Positions 1 through 10,236 are shown, numbered from the stretch's first letter. The stretch: 64,000 nt of DNA from an uncultured Treponema sp. (GCA_937923945.1 CALDWC010000014.1:435-64434), one strand, 5' to 3'. Translations and numbers: made by a program. Notes: generated from the sequence alone by a model not told the origin.

Positions 1-2463
1 GTAAAAAAGCGCGGTTCCATAAATACAAAAATCCGTATTTTAATTTTTACGCTGATGGTGATTTTATATTTTAGCATTATGGCTGCAATGACGCGGGTGA
101 TTAAACGAGTTGCAGCCGAAGAGGAAAAGTCAACCGTCGCAGAAATCGCCCGTTCCAAATCGGCTAATATCGGTGAATGGCTGGCCGGTACAAACAACAT
201 GCTCAAAGCGTATGCCGAAACGGATGAGCTTAAAAGCGATAACTGGGAAATTATTCAGCCTCTTTTAATTCAAGCCTATAAAAGAATTAACGATAGCCGC
301 TATTTATTTTTAGCGTATGTCAGACCGAGCGGTGAAGGATGGACGAGCCGCGGCGCTTGGTTGGATGCGCGTCCGCTTCCTTATTTTAAACCGATTATTG
401 AGAGAAATGAAGCGTTTTATATTACAAATCCCTTTGTCGGAGCGACCACCAATGCGGCACTCATTATTATCGGGCATGCGGTTGTTGACCCGAACGGAAA
501 AAATCAGGGCATTATGATCGCAGGTGTAGAGGGAAAATCCATTTCGAGCATTGCCGAAAATATCAGTATTAACGGCGAAGGTTACGGTGTTATTGTTGAC
601 AATCAGGGCGTTTTTGTTGCCTATCCCGATGTTGAAAAAGTGATGCATCTCAACATAAAAGATTTGGATAATCAAGGTTATCAGGGTATGTCCGTTATCG
701 GAGATGAAATGATTACCGGCGTAGAAAATATGCGTGAGTTCACGGAAAACGGCAAAAAATTTTTTATGTGTTATGCGCCGATTCCGAACAGTCCTAACTG
801 GTCTTTGGGAATTATATTGCCGGCAAGCTATTTCAATCGTATGACGACCAATATTTTTAAAGCAATTTTGCCGGTCGCCGTGGTTATTTTTATCGCGGCG
901 ATTATTATCACTTTGCGAATGACTTCTTCCATTTCCCGTCCGTTGAAAAAAACCGCAGCCGCTCTCAAAAATATTGCAAGCGGAAGCGGCGACCTCACCG
1001 TCCGGTTACCGGTTGTCGGAAACGACGAAATTACCGATTTGGCTCAATATTTTAATGAAACCATTACCAAAATAAAAACGACGATGCGCTCAATAGAAGC
1101 AAATACAAACACGATGCAGCGAATCGGTTCGAGACTTTCTGAAAATGTGATGTCGGCAGCCGGAGCGATTAACCAAATAGATGCAAACATAGACGGAGTG
1201 ACTCAGCAAACTCTCAGTCAAAGTGCAAGCGTTACGGAAACGGCAAGTACTATGGAAGAAATTATCCGTACGATTGAACAGCTGGACAAAAGTATTGAAA
1301 ATCAAGCCGAGAGCGTAAAGCAATCCGGTGCCGCTATTGAAAAAATGGTAGAAAACGTAAACAGCGTTACGGAAGCTTTAAATAAAACGGATACCGTTAT
1401 TAAAACGCTTGCGGATGCAACCGAAATCGGAAAGCGAACCATCGATGATTCAAACGCAATTACCCGTCAGATTTCAGAAGAATCGGGCGGACTTATGGAA
1501 GCAAGCAGCGTTATTCAATCCATAGCGAGCCAAACGAATTTACTTGCGATGAACGCGGCAATTGAGGCGGCGCATGCAGGTGAGGCGGGAAAAGGCTTTG
1601 CGGTGGTTGCCGATGAAATCAGAAAACTTGCCGAAGAAAGCAGTTCGCAGGGTAAAACGATTACGAGTACGCTGAAACAGCTCACGGAAAAAATTAAAGC
1701 CTTGACTGAAGGGAGCGCTGTCGTTGCGGAAAAATTTAACAATATTTTTGATTTAACGGGGCAGGCTAATCAGTTGAGTGCGGAACTCACCGCTGCCATG
1801 GCGGAACAAAGTAAGGGCAGTGTCGATGTCTATCAGGCAATTAACAACATCAGCGCCATTACCGAACAGGTGAAAAACGGATCGCAGGAAATGCTCCATG
1901 GCGGACGCAGTGTTCAACAGGAAATGCAAATGCTGGATCAATTAACGGCGCAGCTCAAAGATAATATGAACGAAATAAGCAACGGCGTCAATGAAATCAG
2001 TACAGCCGCCCGCGAAATCACGGAAATTGCACATTGCAACAATGTCAGCATTACCAATGTCGTCGATGAAGTAAAACGCTTTAAGATTTCAGACGGTCAA
2101 ACCGATCTCATACGTTTTGATGCGGCGGCGCTTATTGGAAAGCATACTGAACGGAACAAAGCGCTTATCTCAATCATTCAAAATCGCAAAGATATCGGGG
2201 CGTTTGCTTCGGATAATAACGATGAAGTCGGCAACTGGTTACGGGGTAATGCAAAAAAGCAGTATGCGCATCTCGCATCATACGAAAAATGCGTCGACTT
2301 GCATGCGGCATTCCGGCAAGCGCTTTTCGCGGTGGCACAAAAAATCAGCGAACGTAAATACGATGAAGCTTTAGCGATGGTTCAACCGGGCGGCGAATAC
2401 AGCAAAGCTTCCGGCAGTTTAGAAGTTGCTCTGATGGTATTGTACGACGAAACGATGATCTGA
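1..2463 (+). CDS. Methyl-accepting chemotaxis protein, 5'-partial. The frame stays open back to nt 1 and the N-terminal TM helix [21 protein letters not shown] begins upstream of the annotated ATG at 55
   Basis: HAMP-like segment followed by the MA signalling core [34 protein letters not shown]. The periplasmic sensor region precedes a second TM ([17 protein letters not shown]). There is no in-frame stop between nt 1 and 55. Confidence 0.85.
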   Translation, partial: VKKRGSINTKIRILIFTLMVILYFSIMAAMTRVIKRVAAEEEKSTVAEIARSKSANIGEWLAGTNNMLKAYAETDELKSDNWEIIQPLLIQAYKRINDSRYLFLAYVRPSGEGWTSRGAWLDARPLPYFKPIIERNEAFYITNPFVGATTNAALIIIGHAVVDPNGKNQGIMIAGVEGKSISSIAENISINGEGYGVIVDNQGVFVAYPDVEKVMHLNIKDLDNQGYQGMSVIGDEMITGVENMREFTENGKKFFMCYAPIPNSPNWSLGIILPASYFNRMTTNIFKAILPVAVVIFIAAIIITLRMTSSISRPLKKTAAALKNIASGSGDLTVRLPVVGNDEITDLAQYFNETITKIKTTMRSIEANTNTMQRIGSRLSENVMSAAGAINQIDANIDGVTQQTLSQSASVTETASTMEEIIRTIEQLDKSIENQAESVKQSGAAIEKMVENVNSVTEALNKTDTVIKTLADATEIGKRTIDDSNAITRQISEESGGLMEASSVIQSIASQTNLLAMNAAIEAAHAGEAGKGFAVVADEIRKLAEESSSQGKTITSTLKQLTEKIKALTEGSAVVAEKFNNIFDLTGQANQLSAELTAAMAEQSKGSVDVYQAINNISAITEQVKNGSQEMLHGGRSVQQEMQMLDQLTAQLKDNMNEISNGVNEISTAAREITEIAHCNNVSITNVVDEVKRFKISDGQTDLIRFDAAALIGKHTERNKALISIIQNRKDIGAFASDNNDEVGNWLRGNAKKQYAHLASYEKCVDLHAAFRQALFAVAQKISERKYDEALAMVQPGGEYSKASGSLEVALMVLYDETMI

Positions 2464-2557
2464 GCCGAAGAAAAACAATTGCACTTTTCCGAATAAAAAA
2501 TCAACGTACGGTAAGTGCCTTGCTTTTTCTCGAAATGGAGTTTGCAAGGAGGATAAT

Positions 2558-2629
2558 ATGCAAAAAAATAACGAATCGATTTCAGTAAAAAAGTGCAACC
2601 TTTTATGCCTGAGCGCTGCTCTACTATAG
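2558..2629 (+). CDS. Candidate 23-aa small ORF MQKNNESISVKKCNLLCLSAALL
   Basis: Strong SD AAGGAGG at 2546-2552, 5 nt before the ATG. Lies in the 527-bp mcp–AAA intergenic region. Too short for homology inference. Confidence 0.2.
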   Translation: MQKNNESISVKKCNLLCLSAALL

Positions 2630-2720
2630 CATGATGTCATTTATTTTTCTATTCTTTAGTTAATAACATTTGCTCTTTTTGTGTCTTTGCCGGCGGTTGC
2701 AAAATGAAATCGTATCTGCT

Positions 2721-2767
2721 AAGGAAACGCTGATTAAAGGCTTGACGCCGTTTAACAGCGTTTCCTT
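2721..2767 (+). repeat. Module A repeat, copy 1. A perfect 12-bp-stem hairpin AAGGAAACGCTG[ATTAAAGGCTTGACGCCGTTTAA]CAGCGTTTCCTT
   Basis: Exact inverted repeat read directly. The same 34-nt core recurs at 44378, 48304 and, reverse-complemented, at 56957. Confidence 0.8.
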
Positions 2768-2990
2768 TGGCAAAAATTATACCGGCAAAAAACTATAGTA
2801 TAAAAATTTTTATTTAAAAAACGTAACTATTTATGTCTGAACGGTGTTCCGATTAGATATGATGGTAATTATTTTTCTGTTCGCTCATCAATAAAAGTAT
2901 ATGGTTTTGTTTGTTTCGTAGTCGGCGGGTTCTCGCTTGAACGCGTTTCCCGTTTTGCAAAATAAATTCTCTATTTTTTAAGGAGTTGCT

Positions 2991-5312
2991 ATGTCAAGAC
3001 GCCGTCAGCGTTTTGCTTTTAATCACCGTAATACTGTCGGAGCAGAATTTTCCGAATTGCCGCTTTCCGAATGTTATATAACCGCGTATTACTTTTACAA
3101 ATTTTTGGCTCTGAGTTATGATGTTGATTTGGAAGATTGTTTTAACTTTTTTATGAAGTTGGCAAAACGCCTCAAGAAAACCGAAGCGATTTACGCATTT
3201 GCCGAAAAAGCGGTTGACGAATACGTAGAAAAAGGCTTGCTCACGGTTGCTGCTGAAGAACATACAACAGCGCTGCATCAGGTGCGGATGAATGAAAAAA
3301 TGCGGCAGCAAAAATGGGCGCGCTCTTTTGCGGAAGATATAAGTTTACTGAGGGATTTTTCAAACCGGAATATTACCAAAGAAAATATAAACATTATCCG
3401 TTGTATTTCGCTTGAGGATGAAAAGTTTTTCGCACGTCTCGTCTATAATTTTTTGCTGTTAAATAATCCGACGGAGAATTTGAACACATCACAGCCGTTG
3501 GACGAATCGATATATAATGCGATTGATGATCTTTCCGATATGCAGTTTTTATATGACGAGGTTGCACTTTCCGATTTGGAATTACGCTTTTTACAAATGC
3601 AATTCCGCATTGGATCAAACTATGAATTGAGTCATTTGGTGGATACATCGGATATACGGCTCAAGTTTTACTACGAAGAAGTGTTGGAGGTTTCGGGAAA
3701 AAAACTGGATCAAATTTTACGTTCCGACGGTAAACTCAGGCGCTACGGTTTTGTGGATTCTGACGGTATAATTGATACTGATATTGCTGAATGTATAAAA
3801 CATCGTGATTTGGAATTATTTTTTTCCGATTTATTAAAAAAAGCGGATGTCAGTGATAGTTACGCTGCGGAGTCTTTTAACGTTCCGGAAAAATCAACCA
3901 CAATCATTAAGCAGCTGCTCAAAGGCAAAAACCCCGTTTCGATTTTATTGTACGGAAAACCGGGGAGCGGTAAAACCCAATATGCGAAAATGATTGCAAA
4001 GGAAACAAACTTGCAAGCATTCATTTTCAAAAATGAAGCCGAATTACAGGATTCATTTGAAGAAAATATTATTGGGAAATTGAATTGCTTACTTTCGCTG
4101 AATCGTGAAAATTCGCTTTTAATAATAGACGAAGCGGACACGTTGCTCAAAACAAAAGATATGTTCACTTTTTTCGGTACGGTGCCGAGCAGACTCAAAG
4201 CGAGCATGAACAAAATGCTCGAAGAAAGCAAAAATAAAATTATTTGGATTGTAAATTCAACCGCGCAAATGGATACGTCAACGCGCCGCCGGTTTAATTT
4301 TTCTTTGAAGTTTGAAGCGATGACAACCGAGCAGCTTCGAAAAATTGCGGCTTCAAAAATTTCAGAGGTCAATATAACGGATACGATAAAAAATCAAATT
4401 TTGGATTTGTTTGAAAAGTACGATGTAACCGGCGCTTCTATCGACAATGTGGTAACGGTACTCAAAAACTTTGAAGGTATGAATGATGAAACGCTCGTTG
4501 ATTTTGCCCAAACCGTACTGAAAGAAAATTCGCTCCTCATTGCGGGAAAAACAAAAATGCGGCAAACCGTCAAAGCGAGTTATGATGTGGCTGTTTTGAA
4601 TACGTCCGTAGCGCCCGATACGGTCGTGGAGATGATTCAAAATGCGAAGCGGTTCAGCGAAAAACATAAGGGGAGTGAAAACGGAATCAGGCTGCTCTTT
4701 TACGGATTGAGCGGCACCGGCAAAACGGAATTTGTGAGATATATCGCTATGCAGACCGGTAAAAAAATTCTTTTGAAGCGGGCGAGCGATATTCTTTCGC
4801 CGTATGTCGGCGTTGCGGAACAAAATATTGCCGCGGCTTTTGAGGAAGCCGACCGGAAAGATATGATTCTCCTTTTAGATGAAGCCGATTCTTTTTTTCA
4901 GGATAGAAGCACGGCAAAGAACAGTTGGGAAGTAACGCAGGTGAATGAACTTTTAACGCAAATGGAAGAGTTTTCCGGTATTTTTATTTGTACGACAAAT
5001 TTAAAAAAGATTATGGATTCTGCGATGAACCGGCGTTTTCATGTTTTGGTTGAATTTAAGCCGCTTGAGGAAGACGGTATTCAAATGTTGCTTACAAAAT
5101 ATTTTAAGGATTGGCATTTTACAAAAACGCAGGTCAAAGAACTCGCGCGATTTGAAACGGTAACGCCGGGCGATTTCGGCACTTTGGCAAGTCGGATTCG
5201 GTTTACCGACAGCGAAAAAATCGATGCGGCGTATATTTTGCATGAGCTTAAAAAAATTCAACACGATAAGAAAAACGGCGGTGATGAAAGCACCGCGAAG
5301 ATCGGTTTTTAA
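2991..5312 (+). CDS. Tandem AAA+ ATPase (773 aa): two classic-clade AAA modules with an unrecognised ~300-aa N-terminal domain
   Basis: Module 1: Walker A LLYGKPGSGKT, Walker B LLIIDEAD, sensor-1/SRH IWIVNSTAQ...TRRRF. Module 2: Walker A FYGLSGTGKT, Walker B LLLDEADSF, sensor ICTTN...MNRRFH. SD AAGGAG lies 5 nt upstream of the ATG. Confidence 0.75.
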   Translation: MSRRRQRFAFNHRNTVGAEFSELPLSECYITAYYFYKFLALSYDVDLEDCFNFFMKLAKRLKKTEAIYAFAEKAVDEYVEKGLLTVAAEEHTTALHQVRMNEKMRQQKWARSFAEDISLLRDFSNRNITKENINIIRCISLEDEKFFARLVYNFLLLNNPTENLNTSQPLDESIYNAIDDLSDMQFLYDEVALSDLELRFLQMQFRIGSNYELSHLVDTSDIRLKFYYEEVLEVSGKKLDQILRSDGKLRRYGFVDSDGIIDTDIAECIKHRDLELFFSDLLKKADVSDSYAAESFNVPEKSTTIIKQLLKGKNPVSILLYGKPGSGKTQYAKMIAKETNLQAFIFKNEAELQDSFEENIIGKLNCLLSLNRENSLLIIDEADTLLKTKDMFTFFGTVPSRLKASMNKMLEESKNKIIWIVNSTAQMDTSTRRRFNFSLKFEAMTTEQLRKIAASKISEVNITDTIKNQILDLFEKYDVTGASIDNVVTVLKNFEGMNDETLVDFAQTVLKENSLLIAGKTKMRQTVKASYDVAVLNTSVAPDTVVEMIQNAKRFSEKHKGSENGIRLLFYGLSGTGKTEFVRYIAMQTGKKILLKRASDILSPYVGVAEQNIAAAFEEADRKDMILLLDEADSFFQDRSTAKNSWEVTQVNELLTQMEEFSGIFICTTNLKKIMDSAMNRRFHVLVEFKPLEEDGIQMLLTKYFKDWHFTKTQVKELARFETVTPGDFGTLASRIRFTDSEKIDAAYILHELKKIQHDKKNGGDESTAKIGF

Positions 5313-5346
5313 ATAAACGGTATGTCGTTGGATAAAAACGATATAG

Positions 5347-5374
5347 TTGACTTTTTTTTGTTTTTGAGTACAAT
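5347..5374 (+). promoter_or_regulatory. Sigma70-like promoter TTGACT-16nt-TACAAT directly abutting the rpoZ ATG (possible leaderless transcript)
   Basis: -35 at 5347-5352 and -10 at 5369-5374. The ATG at 5381 is only 6 nt downstream of the -10. Confidence 0.35.
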
Positions 5375-5380
5375 GGCGGT

Positions 5381-5581
5381 ATGATTTTTCCACTGCAAAA
5401 CTTAATTGAATATGAAGATAATATTTACGAAATTACCTGTGCGGCGACCAGACGGGCGGAACAGCTTGCATCACTACAGGCTTCCGATGAAATTGATGTC
5501 AAGGTAAACGTGGTATCCGAAGCGGCAAAAGAGATTTTTACCCACGAAGTCGAATACCAAATCGCTCAGGATTCGATGTAA
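5381..5581 (+). CDS. rpoZ: DNA-directed RNA polymerase subunit omega
   Basis: 66 aa. NLIEYEDNIYEITCAATRRAEQL matches the RpoZ core (N-R-[FY]-x-L-V-x-x-A-A-x-R-A-R-Q-L pattern). Confidence 0.7.
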   Translation: MIFPLQNLIEYEDNIYEITCAATRRAEQLASLQASDEIDVKVNVVSEAAKEIFTHEVEYQIAQDSM

Positions 5582-5582
5582 C

Positions 5583-6560
5583 TTGTCTAAAACCGACGAG
5601 CCGATTCCCGCAATTGTTATTTTTGGTGCAACCGCTTGCGGTAAAACCGATTTTGCGGTTTCAGTTTTCGGACGCAACTCGGCAAGCGGTTTGGCGGGAA
5701 CCTGTGAAATCATCAATGCCGATTCCGTGCAAGTGTACCGCGAGTCGCTCATTGCCTCCGCCCGTCCGACGGCGGAAGAACGGCAGGAAGTTCCGCACCA
5801 TTTAGTTGGTATCCGCGAAGGCTCGCAGGAATTTTCTGTGAGCGATTTTGTCCGCGAAGCGGATGCGGCATGTGAAAATATTTTTGAACGCGGGCGTGTT
5901 CCTGTTTTGCTCGGCGGTTCCGCATTTTTTCTTAAAAATTTTTTACTGAGTTTACCGGCAACGCCGCCGGCAGATGAAGCGGTGCGGAAGCGCCTGCAAG
6001 CTGAATTGCAGCAATTCGGCGAAACCGCATTGTTTGAGCAGTTACAGAAGTGCGATCCGGTCAGTGCGTCACGGATACAAATACGCGACCACTACCGCGT
6101 TTTACGCGCTTTGGAAGTGTATGAAACGGCAAAGAAACCGCTGAGCAGTTTCGAACTTTCAACCGAGCTGCGCAGCCGGTACCGCTTTTTGATTTTAACG
6201 CTCACCCGCTCGCGTGAAACGCTCTATCGCCGTATTGAACGGCGGGTTGATAAAATGTTTGCCGGCGGCTTGTGCGAGGAGTTTGAAACGCTGTACCGGA
6301 AAGGCTACACAGCGGAAAGTCCCATTATGAAAGCAATCGGATACCGCGAGTTTTTTACGGTGAACGAAAAAGCGCCGTTGAGTGCCGACCCCGAAGTCGT
6401 GAAAGCGTTGATAAAACGTAACACGCGGCGGTATGCAAAACGCCAAGAAACTTTTTTTAAGAAAATTCCTCAAAACCGCGTCGTTGATTTAGAAAATAAA
6501 AGTGAAGTTACTGCGGCGATTCTCAAACTTGAAACTTTCGTTGAACATTCGTTTTGTTGA
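5583..6560 (+). CDS. miaA: tRNA dimethylallyltransferase (TTG start, 2 nt after the rpoZ stop)
   Basis: N-terminal P-loop IVIFGATACGKTDFA, conserved INADSVQVYR and VPHHL motifs, about 325 aa. Confidence 0.85.
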   Translation: MSKTDEPIPAIVIFGATACGKTDFAVSVFGRNSASGLAGTCEIINADSVQVYRESLIASARPTAEERQEVPHHLVGIREGSQEFSVSDFVREADAACENIFERGRVPVLLGGSAFFLKNFLLSLPATPPADEAVRKRLQAELQQFGETALFEQLQKCDPVSASRIQIRDHYRVLRALEVYETAKKPLSSFELSTELRSRYRFLILTLTRSRETLYRRIERRVDKMFAGGLCEEFETLYRKGYTAESPIMKAIGYREFFTVNEKAPLSADPEVVKALIKRNTRRYAKRQETFFKKIPQNRVVDLENKSEVTAAILKLETFVEHSFC

Positions 6561-6573
6561 ATAACCCCATTAT

Positions 6574-8571
6574 TTATGAAATATTTTTACTCGCCTGTAA
6601 AATTTCATCGGCAACCGATTCACTTACGCTGAGCGCTGCGGCAATTTCCGGCACGCTCGCATGCGAAAGACTTTCAAGCGAGCCGAATCGGTTAAGCAAC
6701 CGTTTTGCGCGTACTTCTCCGACGTGCGGTAATTGATTAAACGGCAAAGTCAGTTCGGCTTTTTCGCGTAAGCGCTTATTCCGTGTGTTCGCAAAGCGGT
6801 GCGCTTCATCGCGTACCCGTTGGAGAACCCGAAGTGCGGGACTTTTCCGCGGCAAGCGCAGCGGAGTTGCCGTATGCGGAAAAAATATTTCTTCGTTTTT
6901 TTCCGCCAAGCCGATAACCGGAATTTCCAATTTTAACGCCGACAAAATGGCATGAGCGGAATTAACCTGACCGATTCCGCCGTCAATGAGAATCAAATCG
7001 GGAAGTTCGGCGTGTTCATTGAGTAACCGCGTGTAGCGGCGGGCAACGGCTTCTTTCATCGACGCGTAATCGTTGTTGATGCCGTCCGTTGTTTTTAACC
7101 GAAAGAGTCGGTAATTTTTTTTGTCGGGGTTGCCGTCTTTAAATGAAATTAAACTTGCTACGGTAAATTTTCCTTCCAAGTGTGCGATGTCGAACCCCTC
7201 AATCCGTATCGGTAAAGCGGGCAAATTCAAAACTTTTTTCAATTCTTCCAAGCCCGCCCAATCACCGTATTCACGCAAGCGCCGTACTACATCTTCGTGG
7301 GCGTTAAAATACGCCATGCTGAGAGCTGCTCTATGACGGCGAAAATCTTTAAGCGGCATTTCGAAGCGGTCGGCAAGTTGCGCATCATCGCTTGAAACGG
7401 CAACCGTTTTTTGCAGCTCCTGCGAAAAATACTGCTTGGTTTGTTCCGCGGCAAAAGAGGCGCCGTCCGCTTCCGGTTCACGGTAATGGTGCTTTAACAA
7501 AATCGGCAGCTGCACGAGACGTACGGTACCCGAAAGTTTTTGTTCAAACCATTCGTTGAGAATAGCAAACCCTTCATCAGCGTTCGGGCTGTTCGTAGCG
7601 TTTTGCTGCGTCGCTGTACTGTTGTGTGCAGTCGCAATAAAAATAGTCCGCGGAAGTTCTTTTTTATCTTGATAATACATAGGCAAAAATTCCTGCACAA
7701 CTTCGCTGTCATCTTTCAACGATTGTGTCCGGTATATATCGCGCGCAACCAATTTTCCGTTCCGCATTTTTAACACGGCAAAGGTGATCATCGCCCCTTC
7801 GCACGCCCAAGCAACATAGTCCCGCGAATGTTCGTCGAGATCTTCAACTACATTTTGATTGTGCAGCGCTAAAATCGATTGAATGCCGTCACGCAACCGT
7901 TTCGCTTTTTCAAAGTCCAACGCCTGAGCCGCTTTCTGCATTTCTTTTTGTAACGCATCAATACTGTCCGCATTGGTGAGTAAATTTTTTATTTCATCGA
8001 TTGCTTGTGCGTATTCGGCTTCGGAAACTTTTCCGCAACAAGGTGCGGTGCAGCGTCCGATGTGATAATATAAGCAAGGGTATTTTCGTTTTCGCAAAAC
8101 TTTGCATTGCCGCACTGTGTAATTTTGTTTTACCAGTTGTAAAAAACTTTCAACGGCATAGACATTGGGAAACGGTCCGAAATAAAAGGAGCCGTCATTT
8201 TTTAAAGTGCGCGTTTTAAAAATAGCGGGGAATTTTTCATTGGTGATTTTTATCACCGGATATGTTTTCCCGTCTTTTAAACAAATGTTGTATTTCGGTT
8301 TATGTTTTTTGATGAGCGTGTTTTCCAAAAGGAGTGCTTCGTATTCTGTTTTCGTTTCAATGTACTCCAATTCACAAGCACGTGAAACCAAAATACGCGT
8401 TTTTACATCTTTGTTTTTTGCAAAGTATGAGAGTAGACGATTTTTAAGCGACTTTGCTTTGCCAACATAAATAATCGTTCCGTGTTCATCTTTCCAAAAA
8501 TAAACACCGCTTTGCATCGGGGCTTTTAATGCAACTTCGTGTAAATGCTCGCGTACATTCATTGGAAGCAT
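6574..8571 (-). CDS. uvrC: Excinuclease ABC subunit C
   Basis: GIY-YIG N-terminus (GVYFWKDEHGTIIYVGKAKSLKNRLLSYF), UvrC central domain, C-terminal HhH (LPHVGEVRAKRLLNRFGSLESL). Confidence 0.9.
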   Translation of the reverse strand: MLPMNVREHLHEVALKAPMQSGVYFWKDEHGTIIYVGKAKSLKNRLLSYFAKNKDVKTRILVSRACELEYIETKTEYEALLLENTLIKKHKPKYNICLKDGKTYPVIKITNEKFPAIFKTRTLKNDGSFYFGPFPNVYAVESFLQLVKQNYTVRQCKVLRKRKYPCLYYHIGRCTAPCCGKVSEAEYAQAIDEIKNLLTNADSIDALQKEMQKAAQALDFEKAKRLRDGIQSILALHNQNVVEDLDEHSRDYVAWACEGAMITFAVLKMRNGKLVARDIYRTQSLKDDSEVVQEFLPMYYQDKKELPRTIFIATAHNSTATQQNATNSPNADEGFAILNEWFEQKLSGTVRLVQLPILLKHHYREPEADGASFAAEQTKQYFSQELQKTVAVSSDDAQLADRFEMPLKDFRRHRAALSMAYFNAHEDVVRRLREYGDWAGLEELKKVLNLPALPIRIEGFDIAHLEGKFTVASLISFKDGNPDKKNYRLFRLKTTDGINNDYASMKEAVARRYTRLLNEHAELPDLILIDGGIGQVNSAHAILSALKLEIPVIGLAEKNEEIFFPHTATPLRLPRKSPALRVLQRVRDEAHRFANTRNKRLREKAELTLPFNQLPHVGEVRAKRLLNRFGSLESLSHASVPEIAAALSVSESVADEILQASKNIS

Positions 8572-8681
8572 TATACTTATTTTTCAACGGCAAGACAAGT
8601 CTGCGGTGATTAAACTGACGTTTTGCTCTTTGTATAAAAACGAAAAAAATGTATAATGAAACAAATACGATCAGGAGTGAA

Positions 8682-9401
8682 ATGGTATCTATTGCAATTG
8701 TTGAAGATGATGCCGTTCAGGCAAAGTGCATCGAAAAATATATTAATAGTTGGGCCTGTGAAAAGTTTGCAGAAGTACGGGTGTGCATTTTTACTTCCGC
8801 CGAAAACTTTTTGTTTGAGTTTGAAGATAATAAAGATTTGAATATTATTCTTTTAGATGTGATGATGCACGGCATGAATGGAATTGAACTTGCAAAAAAA
8901 GTGCGGAAGCTGGATCGCGGACAGTCGATTATTTTTATTACCGGAGCTGCCGAATATATTGCGGAAGGTTATGAAGTTGAAGCGATTAATTATCTTATTA
9001 AACCGGTGAAAAAAGAAAAATTGTTTTCCTGTTTAACCAAAGCCTTGGAAAAACAAAATGAACACCCCCCTTTTATTATTATCTCTTCGAATTATGAAAA
9101 GGTAAAAATATTTTGTGATGAAATTATATTTGTCGAATCGATTGCGCATAACCTAAACATAAAAACAAAAAATAAAGCATACATCACGCGAATGCTTTTA
9201 TCCGATATTGAAAAAATGCTCGGTACAACATACTTTGTAAAAACGCACCGCGCATTTATCGTCAATATTTCATTGATACGACAAATTCAAAAAGAATTTC
9301 TTTTTATGGAAGACGGTTCAAAAATTACGATTAGTCGCCGCGAATATAAAAACGTGAATGAGCGGTTTATCAACTATCATATAATAAAGGAACAAGAATG
9401 A
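8682..9401 (+). CDS. LytTR-family response regulator (CheY receiver plus LytTR DNA-binding domain). Start moved to ATG 8682 because the 8649 ATG lies inside the -10 box
   Basis: Receiver IAIVEDD...ILLDVMMHGMNGIELAKK...LIKP. LytTR domain IFCDEIIFVESIAHNLNIKT...FVKTHRAFIVNISLI. SD CAGGAGTG upstream. Putative promoter TTGTAT-16-TATAAT at 8620-8657. Confidence 0.8.
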   Translation: MVSIAIVEDDAVQAKCIEKYINSWACEKFAEVRVCIFTSAENFLFEFEDNKDLNIILLDVMMHGMNGIELAKKVRKLDRGQSIIFITGAAEYIAEGYEVEAINYLIKPVKKEKLFSCLTKALEKQNEHPPFIIISSNYEKVKIFCDEIIFVESIAHNLNIKTKNKAYITRMLLSDIEKMLGTTYFVKTHRAFIVNISLIRQIQKEFLFMEDGSKITISRREYKNVNERFINYHIIKEQE

Positions 9402-10135
9402 TTTGGGCATTAGCTGCGTTTATAGTTGTCGCTCTTCTCATGGGCGAATATTTTTTGGTAAAACGGTTGACCGCACAAAAGTTTGACAACTTTCAAAACA
9501 GCTTAATGCACACATACTACGAAGACGTTGACGGCATTTATAAAAAAATGCGCGGTTGGAAACACGATTTTCATAATCATCTGCAAGTCATGAACGCATA
9601 CCTTGAACTTCAAAACTATGATGAGCTGAATGCCTATTTGGACACGCTCTGCGATGATATGGTAAAAGTCGATACGGTGATTAAAACCGGAAATATGATG
9701 GGAGATGCAATTTTAAATACAAAAGCGGCGCTTGCGGCGGAACGAAATATTGCGTTGAACATAAAAGCCGCCGTTCCTAAAAATATACCGATTTCCGATT
9801 TGGAGCTTTGCGTAATTATCGGAAATCTTTTTGATAATGCGATCGAAGGCTGTCTCACGCTTGAAGATGTTTCGCAGCGTTTTATCAGAGTGTATATTTG
9901 GAATTGGAATGAAAACTTCTACATTTCGTTTACCAATTCCTGCGCCGGAAAACGGAACATGCACGGCGGAAAATTCTTTACGACAAAAAAGGGAAAAAAT
10001 CACGGTTTCGGATTAAGCCGGATTGACGAAATCGCAAAAAAATACGGCGCATATCGAAACCGCCAAAGCGAAGAAGGCGTGTTTGTCTGCGAGCTGATGT
10101 TCCCGCTAAGCGACCACGCCTTTGAATCAAAATAA
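9398..10135 (+). CDS. HPK10-type (AgrC/ComD-like) GHKL sensor histidine kinase with a single TM (245 aa)
   Basis: H-box WKHDFHNHLQ, N-box GNLFDNAIEG, G-box KNHGFGLSRIDEI. One N-terminal TM helix. ATGA overlap with the upstream regulator. Confidence 0.75.
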   Translation: MIWALAAFIVVALLMGEYFLVKRLTAQKFDNFQNSLMHTYYEDVDGIYKKMRGWKHDFHNHLQVMNAYLELQNYDELNAYLDTLCDDMVKVDTVIKTGNMMGDAILNTKAALAAERNIALNIKAAVPKNIPISDLELCVIIGNLFDNAIEGCLTLEDVSQRFIRVYIWNWNENFYISFTNSCAGKRNMHGGKFFTTKKGKNHGFGLSRIDEIAKKYGAYRNRQSEEGVFVCELMFPLSDHAFESK

Positions 10136-10171
10136 GAGTTGCTATCATTTATATCGGTTCGGTTTGCGCGT

Positions 10172-10209
10172 GCGGTATTCATAAAATTTGATCTTCGTAT
10201 GAATACCGC
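10172..10209. terminator. 12-bp-stem hairpin GCGGTATTCATA-14nt-TATGAATACCGC between the convergent kinase and purL genes
   Basis: Perfect inverted repeat. No clear U-run on either strand, so a terminator function is uncertain. Confidence 0.3.
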
Positions 10210-10236
10210 TTGTACTGCCGCATCGTGCGCAACCCG

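Noticed and set aside
8649-8681. Annotated start of the response regulator at ATG 8649
   Set aside because: That ATG is the ATGTATAATG embedded in the probable -10 box, and the N-terminal 11 aa have no receiver-domain counterpart. The ATG at 8682 with an SD gives a canonical receiver start.
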